The notes below the pieces were generated by a model, which was given only the letters and a program-made list of their open reading frames with translations, was not told the origin of the DNA and searched no databases. 64,000 bases of DNA from Amoebophrya sp. A120 (taxonomy: Eukaryota > Protista > Dinoflagellata). Each line of letters begins with the position of its first letter. Position 1 is the first letter of the stretch. Below, one piece after another: positions 63,253 to 64,000 of the stretch. Location: the NCBI GenBank assembly GCA_905178155.1, contig CAJINV010000008.1:2671303-2735302 (forward strand), given 5' to 3'. The position numbers and the translations under genes are program-made.

Positions 63253-64000
63253 TCACGCGCCGCGGTACCCACCGTGCGCGTACCGCCCGTCCCCTGAGGG
63301 CGCATCGAAAGGGGATCGGCTTGGAGGCATCGAAGGGTATCGGCTTGGAGGTGGGGGCGGAGCTTCCACGGAACGGGAAGGAAAGCTGTGCGCGCGCTGC
63401 ACCGGCGGCGGCGGCGGTGCTGGCAGTCCTGGCGGTCCGGCGGGAGGTGGCGTCTGCTGTCGCGAATACTGTGGTGGCGGCGGAACCAGTGCCCAGAGTC
63501 GGGAATCGGATGCTGGCGCGCTGTAAGCGCCGGGTAGCTGCTGCTGAGATGGCCGCGATGCGGGTAGTGATTGCGGCCGCTGCGGTGGCGGGGGGGGGAG
63601 GACTGGTCGCTGCTCAGAAGGGGGCCATGATGACCAAGGTAACCAACTAGAACTGCCTGCTGGAGCGCTGGTGCGGGGCGACGGAGGTCGATCTGCTCCC
63701 TGCGGTCGGGTCCCTGGCACTGTTTTCGGTGCGGCTGGATCGGCGCGGTTTGGTGCGGTGCCTGCAAGTCTAGGCCATGATGGAGTCCGTTGTGAAGGAG
63801 TGTCCTCGTTTGCAGTGGCCCGCGACCCTGACGGGTCCGACCGCAGATATGCTTGCAAATGTGCTAACATGCCTGAAGCTGGTGAGGTCGATGGAACCGA
63901 CGCAACTTTTTTAGTTGGTTCGGAAACAGCGGACTTCGGCGAAATAGGGGACTTCTGACGACGACTATTTCGAAACTGCTCTACCAGTCCGTCTGCACGA
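63253..64000 (-). CDS. 3' end of a proline-rich protein gene (partial)
   Basis: Open frame with poly-Pro tracts, ending ...YAHGGYRGA*. Confidence 0.55.
   Translation of the reverse strand, partial: RADGLVEQFRNSRRQKSPISPKSAVSEPTKKVASVPSTSPASGMLAHLQAYLRSDPSGSRATANEDTPSQRTPSWPRLAGTAPNRADPAAPKTVPGTRPQGADRPPSPRTSAPAGSSSWLPWSSWPPSEQRPVLPPPPPQRPQSLPASRPSQQQLPGAYSAPASDSRLWALVPPPPQYSRQQTPPPAGPPGLPAPPPPPVQRAHSFPSRSVEAPPPPPSRYPSMPPSRSPFDAPSGDGRYAHGGYRGA

Noticed and set aside
1-64000. Autonomous transposase, rRNA, tRNA or SL-RNA genes
   Set aside because: No recognisable motifs by eye; divergent cases cannot be excluded without HMM or covariance-model searches.

Overview
Eukaryotic, intron-rich genomic DNA. 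Every gene I can recognise lies on the minus strand. Gene content and intron structure fit a syndinean/dinoflagellate alveolate such as Amoebophrya; this is an inference, not a database result. Genes: a divergent PPP-family phosphatase, a large TKL-type protein kinase, a single-domain voltage-gated-type cation channel, a secreted coiled-coil protein, 26S proteasome RPN3/PSMD3, an unusual histone H4, an EF-hand protein, dynein intermediate chain WDR63/IC140, a Trp-rich surface protein and several hypotheticals. About 20 short (150-490 bp) non-coding elements mostly sit exactly where exons break. They have terminal inverted repeats (TIRs, typically TAT...ATA), 5-bp target-site duplications (TSDs) and often an internal GTCATGC/GCATGAC motif, and they behave as introner-type transposon introns, many with non-canonical splice sites. 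In several copies TSD plus TIR jointly build GT-AG and would leave one extra codon. Other highlights: a histone H4 whose canonical tail is replaced by a ~130-aa Lys-rich extension, and a 177-bp satellite carrying a 34-bp perfect palindrome. Gene models are hand-spliced and need RNA-seq confirmation.
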